Shown here: in pieces, positions 62,422-64,000 of the stretch | Position numbering within the stretch: position 1 is the stretch's first letter | Layout of the letters: every line of letters starts with the position of its first letter | NCBI GenBank assembly: GCA_000165425.1 | Contig: CT867993.1 | Span: 124,001 to 188,000 of the forward strand | Direction: 5' to 3' | Source: Paramecium tetraurelia | Taxonomy: Eukaryota | Length of the DNA: 64,000 nt | Notes under the pieces: model-generated | Databases searched by the model: none | What the model saw: the letters and a program-made list of their open reading frames with translations, nothing else | What the model was told of the DNA's origin: nothing | Made by a program: the position numbers and the translations under genes

Positions 62422-63401
62422 TTTTATATTTTTTTTTAGTTTATTTAACTATTAAATTTAGATATTGATCTTCCAACGCAAATGCTATTTGAAGCCAACC
62501 AGATATTTCATAACTTTGTTAAACTATAAATTAGAAATTTTAACTATTTTGATATTTATATGGTAACACTTTTATTGTTTCAATTTTTAATTATTTACAA
62601 TATAGTATAAAAATATATTTATCGCATTTATTGCATGCATAAATAGTACGGTAATTACATTTCCATATCTTTGATACGTGATTTTTCTTTTATCAACTGT
62701 GTCTTAATTAAACAAAATTTTGAAGATTAAACCAAATTGGGAATATAATAATAATTTAATTTATGGTAGTAAATTGAATTAAAAAAAAAATAATCTTTAA
62801 CAAAGTTTAGGTAATTTACAGAACACAAGTTAACAGTTGAATTATACAATATCATAAATTCCCTAAAAATGTATATTATTAAGATCGTAAATTTATAATC
62901 ATAGTTTTAAATTTCTTATGAATATTATAATTTATTGCTCAATCCTGTTTGAGGATAGTATTTATAGGATTTCAGTCGACTTCTATTAAATTCATAATAA
63001 CTTTTTTTTAGTAGCTTATAAATCTTATCAATTAAAGAAGAAAAATCTAATATAATAGTAAGAATATAATTTATTTGTTTAAAATACTAATATTATTTTA
63101 GGGTTCGTAAATATTGACCTATTCCATTTTCAATGAGATCTCTTGGGATTGAGAATATAAGAATGATTAAATCAACTTCTATAGTATTTTACTCAATAGG
63201 TACTCTAAACGATAGTTTTTTAATAAGTCAAAGGTAAAAAAATCAGTTAGACCCATTTATATTCTATTAATTTAAAAAACCTATTTTTTTTCTTTATGGA
63301 ATGATATTAATCAATCTTAATTTCTATAATTAATTATTAAATATTCTCAAATTTATTTACTCCTAAAAATAAGAATTTTATATTAGATAAATTTATTAAT
63401 A

Positions 63402-64000
63402 TCATAATCTAAATCCAGATTAATAACTCCCATTCGGTTATGTTTGCTTAATATATTGTGTATCACCCTATTTTAATAACAACCCTTTTGGAATAAACTC
63501 TCCTACTTATTATAAATGTTCCTGTAAGATTTTATTCTTCTCCTCCTCTATTACTTGTTATTTATAGACTTCTTCTCTTCTTTATCTTTCTAATTATTCC
63601 ATCTCTTTTTATTTTTCCATTTAAAACAATTGTAATCTTTGTTGCCATAATCTCTCAACTTCTTTTTTATGCTCCATTTCTTTCATTCTTCTTTTCTATT
63701 ATCCCAATTATTCAAGTTTATCATCTTCAGCAAATTTTTTCATCATTTGATCTCTAAAATCTCTTTCTAATTATTATTCTTCTTCTTTCTGCCTTTACTT
63801 TCTTATTCTGGCTTCTTATTCAGCTTATTGCATTTCTCTTTTCTAAAATTCTCTTTTATTTGCTTCATCAATATCCTTTTATCTCATCTAAGCATCATAT
63901 TATTCTTAATAAAGCTAGAATCTTAATTCTGTTAACAATTCTGCCTCTTACTTTCTTCTCTCTTCCTCTTCCTTCAATTTTTAGAAGATTTTATCTCTAC
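63402..64000 (-). CDS. MNS1: Meiosis-specific nuclear structural protein 1 (ciliary coiled-coil/TPH domain), 3' part; the 5' end lies beyond the window
   Basis: E/K/Q/R coiled coil with MMKKFAEDDKLEQL and a C-terminal VIEEEKNKILQEHLQQVGEFIPKGLL, matching the MNS1 C-terminal motif. Confidence 0.85.

Overview
This is very AT-rich, gene-dense eukaryotic DNA with the hallmarks of a Paramecium (ciliate) macronuclear chromosome. TAA/TAG read as Gln, TGA is the only stop, GT-AG introns are about 20-30 nt, and many intergenic gaps are under 50 nt. The supplied ORF track uses the standard code and ignores introns, so most of its ORFs are fragments or artefacts. I re-translated by hand with the ciliate code and removed the tiny introns, which gives about 29 genes. 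They include mitochondrial PheRS, CDC23/APC8, SRP receptor beta, a PTB/hnRNP-L-like RRM protein, DNAI7/CASC1, MORN, TBC, EF-hand/C2, CFAP96, an Ax_dynein_light-domain giant, a BEACH protein, a kinesin, CFAP100-like, a SHAQKYF-class MYB, a poly-Q giant, a front-end desaturase, a laforin-like CBM20-DSP, a pseudokinase and partial MNS1. The most notable item is an intact, two-intron, ~346-aa gene at 15691-16779. It ends in a PiggyBac/PiggyMac-type HC6H cysteine-rich domain and appears to carry a very degenerate, catalytically dead PiggyBac core, so it is a candidate additional domesticated PiggyMac-like factor. Also seen are two genes with in-frame TGA lesions, several pseudo-enzymes, and head-to-head genes only 8-30 nt apart. 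All family calls come from motif recognition, not database searches. Exon boundaries were checked only in part.
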